From Anaerohalosphaeraceae bacterium (GTDB lineage Bacteria > Planctomycetota > Phycisphaerae > Sedimentisphaerales > Anaerohalosphaeraceae), in the NCBI GenBank assembly GCA_050309605.1, contig JBNRMN010000003.1:1-64000 (forward strand): DNA of 64,000 bases. Direction: 5' to 3'. This document shows positions 20,413-31,183 of this stretch, one piece after another. A program made the position numbers and the translations under genes. Position 1 is the first letter of the stretch. Each line of letters begins with the position of its first letter. Below the pieces are notes generated by a model that searched no databases, had not been told where the DNA came from, and saw only the letters and a program-made list of their open reading frames with translations.

Positions 20413-21140
20413 GTGACGCCAAGCCGTTGATTGAGATTCGCCAACTGGAGCGGACGTATGCCATCGGCACTGAAAAAGTCCGTGCGCTGCGTGGTGTGGA
20501 CTTGACGGTGCACGCCAATGAATACGTCGCGGTGATGGGCCACAGCGGATCGGGCAAGAGCACGCTGATGAATGTGCTGGGCTGTCTGGATCGCGCCGAC
20601 AAAGGGACGTATCATCTCAACGGCATCAACACCACCCGAATGAGCGAAGGGCAGCTCGCACATATCCGCAATCGTCAAATCGGGTTTGTGTTTCAATCGT
20701 TTGAGCTGATGGGACGGCTCAGCGCCCTGAAAAACGTCGAATTGCCGCTGATTTATTCGAATATCCCGTTCTGGAAGCGGCGGCGAATGGCCAAAGACGC
20801 CCTTCAGCGGGTCGGACTGGGCGGACGCATCGGCCACAAGCCCAACCAGCTCAGCGGCGGCGAAAAACAGCGCGTCGCCGTGGCACGCGCCCTGGTCAAT
20901 CAGCCCAGCCTGCTGCTGGCCGACGAACCGACCGGCAATCTCGACACCACAACCAGCGATGGGATTATGCAGCTTTTTGAACAGCTTTATGAAGAAGGCC
21001 AAACCATCATTATGGTCACACACGAGGCCGACATTGCCGCCCGTGCTCGACGGGTCGTGCGGATGCGAGACGGACAAATCGTCAGCGACGAAGGGCCAAC
21101 CCGACAAACATCCCACCAGGCCGAAGGAGTCGGACAATGA
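20409..21140 (+). CDS. MacB/LolD-like ABC transporter ATP-binding protein
   Basis: [39 protein letters not shown]. Confidence 0.95.
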   Translation: MSDAKPLIEIRQLERTYAIGTEKVRALRGVDLTVHANEYVAVMGHSGSGKSTLMNVLGCLDRADKGTYHLNGINTTRMSEGQLAHIRNRQIGFVFQSFELMGRLSALKNVELPLIYSNIPFWKRRRMAKDALQRVGLGGRIGHKPNQLSGGEKQRVAVARALVNQPSLLLADEPTGNLDTTTSDGIMQLFEQLYEEGQTIIMVTHEADIAARARRVVRMRDGQIVSDEGPTRQTSHQAEGVGQ

Positions 21141-22405
21141 AACAAATTGTGCTCTTTCCGCTGTATCTGCTGCGGCTGGCCGTGCAAAGCGCCTTGTTGG
21201 CGCTGGGACAAATCTGGGTCAACAAAACCCGCAGCATCCTGACGACACTGGGCATCATCATCGGTGTTGCCTCGGTCGCGGCGGTGATCGCGGCGATGGA
21301 AGGAATGAACCGCAAGATTTTGGAAAACTTTGAACTGTTCGGCACCCGCAAAATCTTCATCTGGCCCGAACGCCCGCAGACCGGCCCGCAGAAAAATACC
21401 CCGCACTGGCAGCTTCGTTTTGAGCCGCACCATTTCGACGGTTTGCTCGAGCATTGTCCGTCCGTCGAATACGTATCTCTGATGACCAATATCGGGCGAT
21501 TTCCGGGACGGTTTATGGATCGTACGGTCGATTCGGTATCGGTCACCGGCGTGGACGCAAGCTGGTTCAAGATTGAAAACCGCCCCATCATTTACGGCCG
21601 GCCGTTCGCGCTGCTCGACGAAACACAGGGTCGCTATGTCTGCATTATCACCACTCAGCTTCGCGACAAACTTCAGATGGACCGCGATTGCTCCGGCCAG
21701 ATCATTCAGCTTGGCTCCAACTCGTATGTGGTGGCCGGTGTGGTCGATGACAAACCCAATACCGGTATGATGTTTGGCGGCGCAGGCGAACAACTGGAAG
21801 CATTCATTCCCTACACTACCGCCGCCAAGCTGATTCGCACACCGTGGATCCGCGTGATGGCAAGCTGTCGGGATTCAACCGTCGCCGAGGAGGCACGGGC
21901 CGAGATACGTTTTTATCTGCGTCGAACACGCGGCCTCAAGCCCGGCGACCCGGACAACTTCGGCGTCTTCCTGATGGAAAACGAGGTCCGTCAGTTCAAA
22001 CAGGTGATGGGGATGATTACGCTGGTGGCCGCCGGCGTCGTCAGCATCTCGCTGCTGGTCGGCGGCGTAGGGATTATGAATATTATGCTCGTCTCGGTCT
22101 CGGAGCGCACCCGTGAAATCGGGCTGCGCAAAGCGGTCGGAGCGCGACCGGCGGCGATTTTGACGCAGTTTCTGGTCGAAGCGGTGGTCCTGTGTATGAT
22201 CGGCGGCCTGATCGGTGTGGGACTGGGGCATCTGCTGGCCGGAGCCATCTCCAAATCCGCCCCGCTGATGGAACAAACACAAGTACCCGCCTGGGCGATT
22301 GCGGTGGCGTTTGGTTTTTCGGCCGGCGTCGGCGTGGTCTTTGGGATGTTCCCGGCGATGAAGGCCGCGCGACTGAACCCCATCGAGGCCCTGCGGCATG
22401 AATAG
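21137..22405 (+). CDS. MacB/FtsX-type ABC transporter permease
   Basis: [59 protein letters not shown]. Confidence 0.95.
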   Translation: MKQIVLFPLYLLRLAVQSALLALGQIWVNKTRSILTTLGIIIGVASVAAVIAAMEGMNRKILENFELFGTRKIFIWPERPQTGPQKNTPHWQLRFEPHHFDGLLEHCPSVEYVSLMTNIGRFPGRFMDRTVDSVSVTGVDASWFKIENRPIIYGRPFALLDETQGRYVCIITTQLRDKLQMDRDCSGQIIQLGSNSYVVAGVVDDKPNTGMMFGGAGEQLEAFIPYTTAAKLIRTPWIRVMASCRDSTVAEEARAEIRFYLRRTRGLKPGDPDNFGVFLMENEVRQFKQVMGMITLVAAGVVSISLLVGGVGIMNIMLVSVSERTREIGLRKAVGARPAAILTQFLVEAVVLCMIGGLIGVGLGHLLAGAISKSAPLMEQTQVPAWAIAVAFGFSAGVGVVFGMFPAMKAARLNPIEALRHE

Positions 22406-22449
22406 ACAGGCCATGCGGCACGAATAAGGAGAGGTCGGATGTCAAATAG

Positions 22450-22513
22450 GAAATCTGAAATCTGAAATTTGAAATTGAGATTCAAGATGTATGATATGTA
22501 ATATATGATATGA
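22450..22513. repeat. AT-rich 7-nt tandem repeats
   Basis: GAAATCT-GAAATCT-GAAATTT-GAAATTG, then GATGTAT-GATATGT-AATATAT-GATATGA. Confidence 0.7.
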
Positions 22514-22521
22514 GACATTGA

Positions 22522-24162
22522 ATGGACAGGATGGCTATGCGACACCTTACAGCACTGATCCTAATCCCGACAGTGAGTCTGTGCGGCTGCGGACTGGATG
22601 ATCCGCACCAACGGCTTGTCGAGCCGACGCAGTTGACTCGAATCGACTCGATGCCGCTGCCGGAAGGCCGACATCTTGAGACGTTTGACCAGTCGCCCAG
22701 GCCGTTGTTTGCCGATCCGAACGACGGGCAAGTGGCGCTGACGCTGGAGCAGTGCCGGGCGATGGCGCTGCAAAACAATCTGGACGTTCAGGCGGCGCTG
22801 ATCGGGCCGAAAATCGCACAGGCCGCCGTACAGGCCGAGGAGGCCAAATTTGAAGCGGCTTTTGTGAGCAACATCAATTACAGCAAAACCGACTCCCCCA
22901 CGGCCACGCTGCTGACCGCCTCAAAAGAAGAACGGACGCAAGCCAGCCTGGGCGTTCAAATGCCCCTGCAAACCGGCGGCACGCTTCAGTTTTCATTGGC
23001 CGATTACTGGAGCAAAACCAACAACCCCTTCTCCATTCTCAACCCGGCCTACAGCAGCGGCTTTATCACATCCATCAGTCAGCCGCTGCTGCGCAACGCC
23101 GGGCGGCGCGACAACCTGCATACAATCCGCGTGGCGCGCTACAACCGGCAGATCGCCGATGCACGTACCAAACTGGAGATCATCCGTGTATTGGCCGATG
23201 TTGAGCGGTATTACTGGCGGTTGTACGCCGCACGCGAAGTCCTGACCGTCCGACGGCAGCAATACGCCCTGGCCGAGGCCCAGCTTGAACGGGCCAAACG
23301 GTTTGTCGAGGCCGGCACACACGCCCCCATCGAAATCATCCGTGCCGAGGCGGGACTGGCCACGCAGATTGAAGCGATTATTCTGGCCGAAAACGACACC
23401 CGCATCCGCCAGCGGGAATTAAAACAGCTCCTAAGGCAGCCGGACTTTCTGCCCGATTCACCGATTCGCATTCGTCCGCAAACCGAACCGGACCCGATTT
23501 ATTATGAACTGAATCCGCAAACGCTGGTACGTCTGGCTGAGGAAAACCGCACCGAGCTGCTCGACGCGGAGTTCCAGCTCGCTCGCCAGGTCAGCACGAT
23601 AGATTATCTGCGCAATCAGGCCCTGCCGCTGGTCAATCTGGACTATAGCTACAACATCAGCGGTCTGGGCGGCACGCGCGGCGCGGCCTATAACATGCTC
23701 GGCGACAATCGCTTTGCCGATCAACGGCTGGGCGTGCAGCTTGTCGTGCCGCTGGGCAACGCCGCGGCCAAAAACCGGCTGCTGGGCGCGTTTCACGAAC
23801 GAGCGCAGATTTTAGCCACTACACAAAGCCGCCGCTCGCTGATTGAAATGGAAGTGCTCAACGCCATCGACCGCGTCGAGGCCAACTGGCAGCGAATTCT
23901 GGCCGGACGCCAGAACACCCTCCTGCAGGCCCGGCTCTATGAAGCCGAGCTGCGGCAGTTTGAAGTGGGGCTGCGCACCAGTACCGATGTCCTGGAGGCA
24001 CAAACACGATTGGCCGAGGCCCAGCGCGCCGAAATCGCCGCTTTGACGGACTATCAAATCGCACTGGTGGATGCCGCTCACGCAACCGGGACACTGCTCG
24101 GTGCGGCAAAAATTGAATTGGATTCGGACGACTCAGCCGGGACCGGAGCCGTCGATTCTTGA
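22522..24162 (+). CDS. TolC-family outer-membrane efflux lipoprotein
   Basis: Lipobox-like SLCGC, LTLEQC..MALQNNLDV, ISQPLLR, DVLEAQ repeats; follows the MacAB genes. Confidence 0.88.
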   Translation: MDRMAMRHLTALILIPTVSLCGCGLDDPHQRLVEPTQLTRIDSMPLPEGRHLETFDQSPRPLFADPNDGQVALTLEQCRAMALQNNLDVQAALIGPKIAQAAVQAEEAKFEAAFVSNINYSKTDSPTATLLTASKEERTQASLGVQMPLQTGGTLQFSLADYWSKTNNPFSILNPAYSSGFITSISQPLLRNAGRRDNLHTIRVARYNRQIADARTKLEIIRVLADVERYYWRLYAAREVLTVRRQQYALAEAQLERAKRFVEAGTHAPIEIIRAEAGLATQIEAIILAENDTRIRQRELKQLLRQPDFLPDSPIRIRPQTEPDPIYYELNPQTLVRLAEENRTELLDAEFQLARQVSTIDYLRNQALPLVNLDYSYNISGLGGTRGAAYNMLGDNRFADQRLGVQLVVPLGNAAAKNRLLGAFHERAQILATTQSRRSLIEMEVLNAIDRVEANWQRILAGRQNTLLQARLYEAELRQFEVGLRTSTDVLEAQTRLAEAQRAEIAALTDYQIALVDAAHATGTLLGAAKIELDSDDSAGTGAVDS

Positions 24163-25608
24163 CGGTTCCGGTGATGGATTGCCCTCCGCCGCCGCGGGGA
24201 CCAAGATGACAAAGGTACTGCCTCGGCCCAATTCGGATTCAACCTCGATGGCCCCTCCCAGACGATCCAAAATCCGCAGCACAATACTTAGCCCCAGCCC
24301 TTCGCCGTTGGTTTTATCCTGGGCATTGAGACGATAGAAAATCTCAAAGATCTTGTGCTGATGCTCCGGCGCAATGCCGATCCCGTTATCAGCCACTCGA
24401 TAGACACACATTGTGCCGTCCCGATGACCGCTGATGTGGATTTCGGGCGGCCGCTGCGGATCGCGGTATTTCAGGGCGTTGTCCAGAAGATTGGTAAAGA
24501 CCTGGTTGATCAGACGCGCATCGGCCTGACACGAAGGCAGGGCCTCGACCGTAACGGTCGCCCCGGCCTGCTGAATTTGATAATGCATACTCGAGACGAT
24601 ATGCTTGAGAATGCGATTCATCTCCAGCGGCTGAACACGCAGCGAGGCGGTGCCGATGCGCGAAATCTCCAGCAGGCCGTCGATCAGCGCCTGCATCTTG
24701 GCCGCTCCGGCGTCAATAAAATAGAGCGACTCGTTTACTTGTTCCAGCAGCGGCGACAGCGCCTCGGTCAGTTTTGTATCCGCGTGGCGACCCACGGCTG
24801 CTTCAAGCGATTCGCAGGCCTTTCGCAATTCGCCGCCGAACCCGCGGATATTGACCAGCGGCGTGCGCATATCATGCGAGGCGGCATATACAATGCTCTC
24901 CAGTTCTTTGTTCTTCATCTCCAGCACATGCAGGAGCAGTTCCCTGTCTTCCTGGGCTTTTTTCATCTCGGTAATGTCGCGTCCGACCGCTACAATCGCC
25001 TCAATGTGGCCTTTTTTGTCCACGATGGCCTTGTCCGCCCAGAACAGCCAGCGCCACCCGTTGACGGTATTGGCACGCTGTTCAACATAACAGATATGCG
25101 GAGGACGCTTAAGCTGCTGCATTCGTTCCAGCGTCGTCGGCAGATCGTCCGGATGGACCAGCGGTATAAACGATTGGCCCAGCAGTTCCTGCTCGCTTTT
25201 TCCAAACGTTCGGCAATACGACGGGCTGACAAATAAAAACCGTCCGTCCGCGTCGGTCCGCACCACCATATCCGATTGATTTTCAACCAGCAGGCGATAT
25301 TTGGCCTCGCTTTCTTCCACATCACGCCGGGACAAAAACATAAAAAATGCGTAAAAGATATTCCCGAACAGCATCGGCTCCAGCAACTGCGTAAAATCTT
25401 CCAGATAATCCAGCGCATCGGTGATCTGAGACCATTCAAGCAAATTGCTGACGCAGTTAAACAGCCCCAGCAACACCAATCCGATCAGCAGCAGCGCCAT
25501 ATCGCGCGGAATGGGATGGCGGGAAAATCGGAGCATCACCCCGCCTATGATCGAGACGGCCGCGCCGGCGCCGATCAGATTGAGCAGTACGATCAGTTGC
25601 TCATACAT
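24133..25608 (-). CDS. Membrane-bound PAS-domain sensor histidine kinase
   Basis: About 3 N-terminal TMs, PAS (VHPDD..AVGRDITE), H-box ASHDMRTPL, NLLDNALKY, DNGIGI, GEGLGL. Confidence 0.93.
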   Translation of the reverse strand: MYEQLIVLLNLIGAGAAVSIIGGVMLRFSRHPIPRDMALLLIGLVLLGLFNCVSNLLEWSQITDALDYLEDFTQLLEPMLFGNIFYAFFMFLSRRDVEESEAKYRLLVENQSDMVVRTDADGRFLFVSPSYCRTFGKSEQELLGQSFIPLVHPDDLPTTLERMQQLKRPPHICYVEQRANTVNGWRWLFWADKAIVDKKGHIEAIVAVGRDITEMKKAQEDRELLLHVLEMKNKELESIVYAASHDMRTPLVNIRGFGGELRKACESLEAAVGRHADTKLTEALSPLLEQVNESLYFIDAGAAKMQALIDGLLEISRIGTASLRVQPLEMNRILKHIVSSMHYQIQQAGATVTVEALPSCQADARLINQVFTNLLDNALKYRDPQRPPEIHISGHRDGTMCVYRVADNGIGIAPEHQHKIFEIFYRLNAQDKTNGEGLGLSIVLRILDRLGGAIEVESELGRGSTFVILVPAAAEGNPSPEPSRIDGSGPG

Positions 25609-25879
25609 CGCTCGACTCCCTCTGACGATAGAGAAGCCTGCTCCAGATTGCCAGCAGCAGCAGCGCAACGGTATAACAGAGATGTTCCAGCGCATTGAAA
25701 ACCCGCTCCAGCCAAAGCCCTTCACAGACGGTAAACACATTGGACAGCAGAAAAAAAAGCAGCGAAGACAGCAGCAGGTTGCTGCGCGGGATGCGCACCA
25801 CGGAACGATAATTGACCAGAACGAACAGCACCACCCCCACCGTCAGAATACACGAAATGACTTCATTTTCCTGTAACAT
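25601..25879 (-). CDS. Small 3-TM membrane protein coupled to the kinase
   Basis: 92 aa with three hydrophobic helices; its stop overlaps the kinase start. Confidence 0.75.
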   Translation of the reverse strand: MLQENEVISCILTVGVVLFVLVNYRSVVRIPRSNLLLSSLLFFLLSNVFTVCEGLWLERVFNALEHLCYTVALLLLAIWSRLLYRQRESSDV

Positions 25880-26018
25880 CGTATGCTCGCCCTAAAAAGA
25901 GTTCAAGAGCCAGTATGGCTTTTTTCTGTGAAAAACAATTTTAGCACGCCCGCCCGTCCAGGGCAACCCCTTTTTGAAATCGGCGGATCAGCCGTCTGTT
26001 TTTCGGTTCAAAAGATGA

Positions 26019-26046
26019 TTGAATCCTTTTTACGTCCGGTTATAAT
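26019..26046 (+). promoter_or_regulatory. Sigma70-type promoter of metXW (likely leaderless)
   Basis: TTGAAT-N16-TATAAT, with the ATG 8 nt downstream. Confidence 0.65.
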
Positions 26047-26054
26047 CGCCGGTT

Positions 26055-27875
26055 ATGGAAAATCAACAGAACAATCCAGCCGGGCTGGTACGAACGGAAA
26101 AAGTTCGGGTCGTCCAGGCCGATGCGCCGCTGATGCTGCGTTGCGGCAAGCATCTGGGGCCGATTGATGTCGCCTATGAAACCTATGGCCGGCTGTCTCC
26201 GGAAAAAGACAACGTGATTCTCATCTGTCATGCCCTCAGCGGCAACGCCCATGTGGCCGGCTACAACAGCCCCGATGACCGCAAGCCGGGCTGGTGGGAT
26301 GTGATGGTCGGCCCCGGCAAACCCATCGACACGGAACGGTATTTTGTCATCTGCTCCAACGTGCTGGGCGGCTGCAGCGGCACGACCGGCCCATCGGAAA
26401 TCAACCCGGCCACCGGCAAGCCGTATGGGTTGGATTTTCCGATCATTACGATTGAGGATATGGTTCATGTCCAGAAACGATTGCTTGAGGCGCTGGACAT
26501 TGACCACCTGCTGGCCGTCATCGGCGGCTCAATGGGTGGGATGCAAGTGCTTCAGTGGGCCGTGACGTATCCGGACGTGGTGGATGCGGCCCTATGTATC
26601 GCTTCCACCACACGCCTGAACGCCCAGTCGATTGCCTTTGACGCCGTCGGACGCAACGCGATTCTGAACGATCCCAACTTTCACAGCGGCCAATATCACG
26701 ACTGTACCGGCCCCAACCGCGGCCTGGCCATTGCCCGAATGATCGGCCATATTACCTATCTGTCGGAATTGTCGATGCGCAACAAGTTCGGACGGCAGCT
26801 TCGCACCGCCAAGGAATACCAATACGAATTCAACTCCGAATTCGCCGTCGAGACCTATCTCGATTATCAGGGCCAGACCTTCATCGAACGGTTTGACGCC
26901 AACAGCTACCTGTATATCACCAAGGCAATGGATTATTTCGACCTGATGCGGGAATACGGCACGCTGCGGCTGGCCTTTACCACATGTCGCTGCCGGTTTC
27001 TGGTGGCCAGTTTTTCCAGCGATTGGCTGTTTACACCGGCCCAGTCGGAAGAAATCGTCGAGGCGCTGGCCGCCGAAGGAAAAGACGTAACATACTGCAA
27101 CATTGAATCGTCATACGGACACGATGCATTTTTGCTGGAGGCCGAAAAACTCGGTGCGCTGATCGGCGGCTTTTTGAACAGCACCCTGCAGCGCATCCGG
27201 ACGGGCCGTCGTATTGTGGCTGAACACAAAAACGGACCGAACAAGTTCAAAATGTTTGAACGCGCCAAACGCGCCCGGGTGGACTACGAATTAATCGATT
27301 CGCTTATCGAACCGGGTAGCCGTGTGCTGGATTTGGGCTGCGGAGACGGCGAGCTGCTGGCCCGGCTGATTGAAGATAAAAACATCCTCGGCGAGGGGAT
27401 TGAGATTGATGAGGATATGGTCATTCATTGCACACAGCGGGGCCTGTCCGTGATTCATCGCGACATCGAACGCGGACTGGAAATGTATCCCAATGACACG
27501 TTTGACTACGCCGTCTTATCACAGACCATTCAGACGCTGCGCGATCCGCAAAAGGTGCTCATTGAGCTGCATCGCGTCGCACGCAAAGTCATCGTCAGTT
27601 TTCCGAACTTCGCCCACTGGCTCTGTCGGCTGCAATTGCTTTTCGGCGGTCGGGCGCCGCAAACGCGGCAATTGCCGTTTCGCTGGTACAATTCACCCAA
27701 TATCCATGTCCTGTCGCTGAAGGATTTTGACCGCTTCTGCGCCGAGCTGGATATCAAGGTCGAAAAACGCATTCCGCTGGGCAAAAAGTCCATCTGGCCG
27801 GTGCGGCTTTTGCCCAACCTGCTGGCCCCCCAGGCGGTCTATGTCACCAGTAAATACCAGCCGGAAACAATTTGA
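26055..27875 (+). CDS. metX: Homoserine O-acyltransferase MetX fused to a MetW-like SAM-binding domain
   Basis: ICHALSG, GGSMGG nucleophile, SSDWLF, YGHDAFL; C-terminal VDYELI..SRVLDLGCGDG..IVSFPNFAHW..WYNSPNIH MetW signature. Confidence 0.93.
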   Translation: MENQQNNPAGLVRTEKVRVVQADAPLMLRCGKHLGPIDVAYETYGRLSPEKDNVILICHALSGNAHVAGYNSPDDRKPGWWDVMVGPGKPIDTERYFVICSNVLGGCSGTTGPSEINPATGKPYGLDFPIITIEDMVHVQKRLLEALDIDHLLAVIGGSMGGMQVLQWAVTYPDVVDAALCIASTTRLNAQSIAFDAVGRNAILNDPNFHSGQYHDCTGPNRGLAIARMIGHITYLSELSMRNKFGRQLRTAKEYQYEFNSEFAVETYLDYQGQTFIERFDANSYLYITKAMDYFDLMREYGTLRLAFTTCRCRFLVASFSSDWLFTPAQSEEIVEALAAEGKDVTYCNIESSYGHDAFLLEAEKLGALIGGFLNSTLQRIRTGRRIVAEHKNGPNKFKMFERAKRARVDYELIDSLIEPGSRVLDLGCGDGELLARLIEDKNILGEGIEIDEDMVIHCTQRGLSVIHRDIERGLEMYPNDTFDYAVLSQTIQTLRDPQKVLIELHRVARKVIVSFPNFAHWLCRLQLLFGGRAPQTRQLPFRWYNSPNIHVLSLKDFDRFCAELDIKVEKRIPLGKKSIWPVRLLPNLLAPQAVYVTSKYQPETI

Positions 27876-27971
27876 GACGATAGAATTGAATTGATATACT
27901 GCTCCTTCCAAACAATTCTCATGTATCAAGCTCCTGAAACAATTCTTCCACACTGGATATTTCGTGCAGGC

Positions 27972-30900
27972 CTATCCCGGCCAATGCGTCGCGGCATCTT
28001 CGATTTTGTGCTCGATATCGACCGCCTTTTCCTTGGTGCGCTGCACGACGACGTAAAAAACCGGAATCATAAACACACCGAGAACCGTCGCAGCAATCAT
28101 ACCGCCGAATACAGTGGTTCCCAATGATTTTCGCGCCTCGGCACCGGCACCGGTGGCAATCGCCAATGGCAGCATCCCCAACGCGGTTGTCAATGCCGTC
28201 ATTAAAATCGGACGAAACCGCAAACGCGCCGCCTCAATGGCCGACTCATAGACCGAATAGCCCTCTTCGTGGTGCTGTTTGGCAAACTCCACCAGCAGGA
28301 TGGCCGTCTTGCAAACTACACCGATCAGCAAAACGATTCCCATCTGCATATAAATATTGTTGTCAAACATTCTCAGCCAGGTAAAACCGACCGCTCCGAG
28401 AAGCCCCAGCGGTACCGACAGCACAATCGCAATTGGAATCGACCAGCTTTCATACTGCGCTGCCAAAAACAGATAGGCAAATAACGCCGCCAGCAGGAAC
28501 AGATAAATGGTTTTACCGCCCGCTTCAATTTCTTGAAGGCTCATCCCCGACCACTCATAGCCCATTGTCTCAGGCAACGTCTCCTCCAGCAATTCGGCCA
28601 CGCGGGCAATCGCCTGCCCGGAACTGTAGCCCGGTTGAGGATTTCCGGTGATGGTCGTAGCTGGATACATATTATATCGTGTAATCGACTGCGGTCCGGC
28701 CGTGTCACGAATCGTCGCCAGTGTTCGAATCGGAACCATCTGGCCGGTGCGGTTACGCACTTCCAGCCGCCCGATATCGTCGGCCGACGCCCGAAAATGC
28801 GGCTCGGCCTGTGCAATTACACGAAACGTGCGACCGTACAGATTAAAGTCATTGACATACGTACTGCCCAAATAGGTTTGAAGCGTGTTAAACAACGTTC
28901 CCAAAGGAACATCCATTGTTTGTGTCTTGACGCGATCCACATCGATATACAATTGCGGTACGTTCACTCGAAACGAATTATTCAAACGCGTAATCACCGG
29001 ATCGGCCATGGCGTTCTGAAGAAACGCATTGCCGGTTTGGGCCAGAGCCGCCAGCCCGGCTCCGCCCCGGTCCTGAACACGCACCTCAAAACCGCCCGCG
29101 ATGCCTATCCCCATAATCGGCGGCGGCTGCAACGCCAGAACCAGTGCTTCGGGAATCGCACCCAATTGCCCCTGAAGGCGCTGAATGATTTGCTTAATAT
29201 GAAGCGCCGGAGCAGTGCGTTTTGACCACGGCTCCAAATTCACAAAACACGCCCCGCCGTTGGACGCAATCCCCATATCCAGCATCGAAAACCCGCTGAT
29301 GGTAACATATTCAGCAACGCCTTCAGTCTGCCTGAGAATCTCATCAATCTGCAACATCACCTTATCCGTCCGCCGCAGCGACGCCCCTTCCGGAAGACGC
29401 ACGCCGATCATGATCGTGCCTTCATCTTCTTCCGGCAAAAATCCCGTCGGAAGACGATCAAACCCAACCACCGCCACACTTGTCGCAATCGCAAACAGCA
29501 GCAATCCAATCGCTGTTTTGCGGATAATGATCTTGACGATATCCGCATAGATAGAAGTCGTTCGCCGCATAAACCGATCAAACAGTTTGAAGATACCACC
29601 ATGTTCTTTCTCTTTGCTGCGCAGCAACACCCCGCATAAGGCCGGGCTGAGCGTCAGCGCAATCGTTGACGAAATCCAAACGGCCACCACGATCGTAAAC
29701 GCAAATTGCTGATACAGCATTCCGGTAATACCGCCGGACAGTACCGTCGGCACAAACACAGAGGTCAGCACCAGCGTGGTCGCAACAATCGGGCCGGTGA
29801 CCTGACGCATCGCTTTGGCGGCCGCTTCTTTGGGCCGCAGGCCCTCGTCAGCAATAATACGCACCGTATTTTCCACCACCACAATCGCATCATCTACCAC
29901 AATCCCAATCGCCAGCACCAATCCGAACAGCGTCATCGTGTTGATCGACATTCCTAATGCCATCATCAGCGCAAATGTCCCGATCAGCGCCACAGGAATG
30001 GAAATCGATGGAATCAGTGTCGCTCGCCAGTCAGCCAGAAAGACAAACACCGTCATCACCACCAGAGCCACCACCAACATGAGGGTATTGACCACTTCAC
30101 GGATAGATTCGCGAATAAACAACGTCGGACTGTACGGTTCAGTATAAGACAGCCCTTCGGGAAATGACGGCGCCAGTTCAGCCAGCGCCTCGCGCACACC
30201 GTCCACCACCTCCAGCGCATTGGCCCCCGGCATCGCGTAAATCGCTACCACAACTGTGGGCTGGCCCATATAACGCGCATTCCAGAAATATTCCTCAGCG
30301 CCCAATTCCACCCGCGCCACCTCACCGAGCCGAAGCAGACGACCGCCCGGATCCGAGCGGATGATAATATCCTCAAACTCTTGAGCGGTGCTCAACCGTC
30401 CCAGTGTTTTGACTGTAAATTGAAACTGTTGATCCGTCGGGCTGGGCATACCGCCGATCTGGCCGGCAGCCACTTGGATATTCTGTTCCCGAATCGCCGC
30501 CAGCACGTCGTCGGTCGTCAGGTCGTGGGCGCGAAGGCGCGTCGGATCCAGCCAGATGCGCATACCGAAACTCTTGGCACCCATCAGGCTGACTTCGCCA
30601 ACTCCCGGCACGCGAGACAGAACGTCTTTCACGTATAATGTGATATAGTTGCTCATATAGATGTCGTCAAACCGGCCCTCTTCGGCGTAAAAAGACAGCA
30701 TCATTGCAATATTAGTCGAACGCTTCTGGGTGGTCACTCCCTGACGAATGACTTCTTCCGGCAGCAACGGCTCAGCCAACGCCACACGGTTCTGTACCAG
30801 CACCGTGGCCATATCGATGTCCGTTCCCACCTCAAATGTCACTGTCAACTGCATGATCCCGTTATCACTGCTGTTGGAGGACATATAGATCATCCCGTCC

Positions 30901-31118
30901 ACTCCGTTGATGGCCTCTTCCAGGGGCGTAGCCACCGTTTCGGCCACCGTTTCGGCATTGGCACCGGGATAGGTTGCCTGCACCATCACGGTCGGCGGGG
31001 TAATATCCGGCGTCTTTTCCACCGGCAGCAGCGGCAAACAAATCAGCCCCACCAGCAAAATGACAATCGCAATGACACTTGCAAAAATCGGCCGATCAAT
31101 AAAAAACTTACTGAACAT
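27972..31118 (-). CDS. HAE1/AcrB-family RND efflux permease
   Basis: FFIDRPIFA, GIVVDDAIVVVEN, KTAILLVEFA, RFRPILMT. Confidence 0.96.
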   Translation of the reverse strand: MFSKFFIDRPIFASVIAIVILLVGLICLPLLPVEKTPDITPPTVMVQATYPGANAETVAETVATPLEEAINGVDGMIYMSSNSSDNGIMQLTVTFEVGTDIDMATVLVQNRVALAEPLLPEEVIRQGVTTQKRSTNIAMMLSFYAEEGRFDDIYMSNYITLYVKDVLSRVPGVGEVSLMGAKSFGMRIWLDPTRLRAHDLTTDDVLAAIREQNIQVAAGQIGGMPSPTDQQFQFTVKTLGRLSTAQEFEDIIIRSDPGGRLLRLGEVARVELGAEEYFWNARYMGQPTVVVAIYAMPGANALEVVDGVREALAELAPSFPEGLSYTEPYSPTLFIRESIREVVNTLMLVVALVVMTVFVFLADWRATLIPSISIPVALIGTFALMMALGMSINTMTLFGLVLAIGIVVDDAIVVVENTVRIIADEGLRPKEAAAKAMRQVTGPIVATTLVLTSVFVPTVLSGGITGMLYQQFAFTIVVAVWISSTIALTLSPALCGVLLRSKEKEHGGIFKLFDRFMRRTTSIYADIVKIIIRKTAIGLLLFAIATSVAVVGFDRLPTGFLPEEDEGTIMIGVRLPEGASLRRTDKVMLQIDEILRQTEGVAEYVTISGFSMLDMGIASNGGACFVNLEPWSKRTAPALHIKQIIQRLQGQLGAIPEALVLALQPPPIMGIGIAGGFEVRVQDRGGAGLAALAQTGNAFLQNAMADPVITRLNNSFRVNVPQLYIDVDRVKTQTMDVPLGTLFNTLQTYLGSTYVNDFNLYGRTFRVIAQAEPHFRASADDIGRLEVRNRTGQMVPIRTLATIRDTAGPQSITRYNMYPATTITGNPQPGYSSGQAIARVAELLEETLPETMGYEWSGMSLQEIEAGGKTIYLFLLAALFAYLFLAAQYESWSIPIAIVLSVPLGLLGAVGFTWLRMFDNNIYMQMGIVLLIGVVCKTAILLVEFAKQHHEEGYSVYESAIEAARLRFRPILMTALTTALGMLPLAIATGAGAEARKSLGTTVFGGMIAATVLGVFMIPVFYVVVQRTKEKAVDIEHKIEDAATHWPG

Positions 31119-31183
31119 AAAATGATCCTGTTAAGTTGTCAGGTTTTTAATTCCATACTTTATGCTATTTGTGCAACACCGTA

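Noticed and set aside
25880..26054. SAM riboswitch or T-box upstream of metX (also looked upstream of 34797)
   Set aside because: No SAM-I core (ATC..GAG..GA) or T-box motif recognised, and the promoter abuts the metX start codon.
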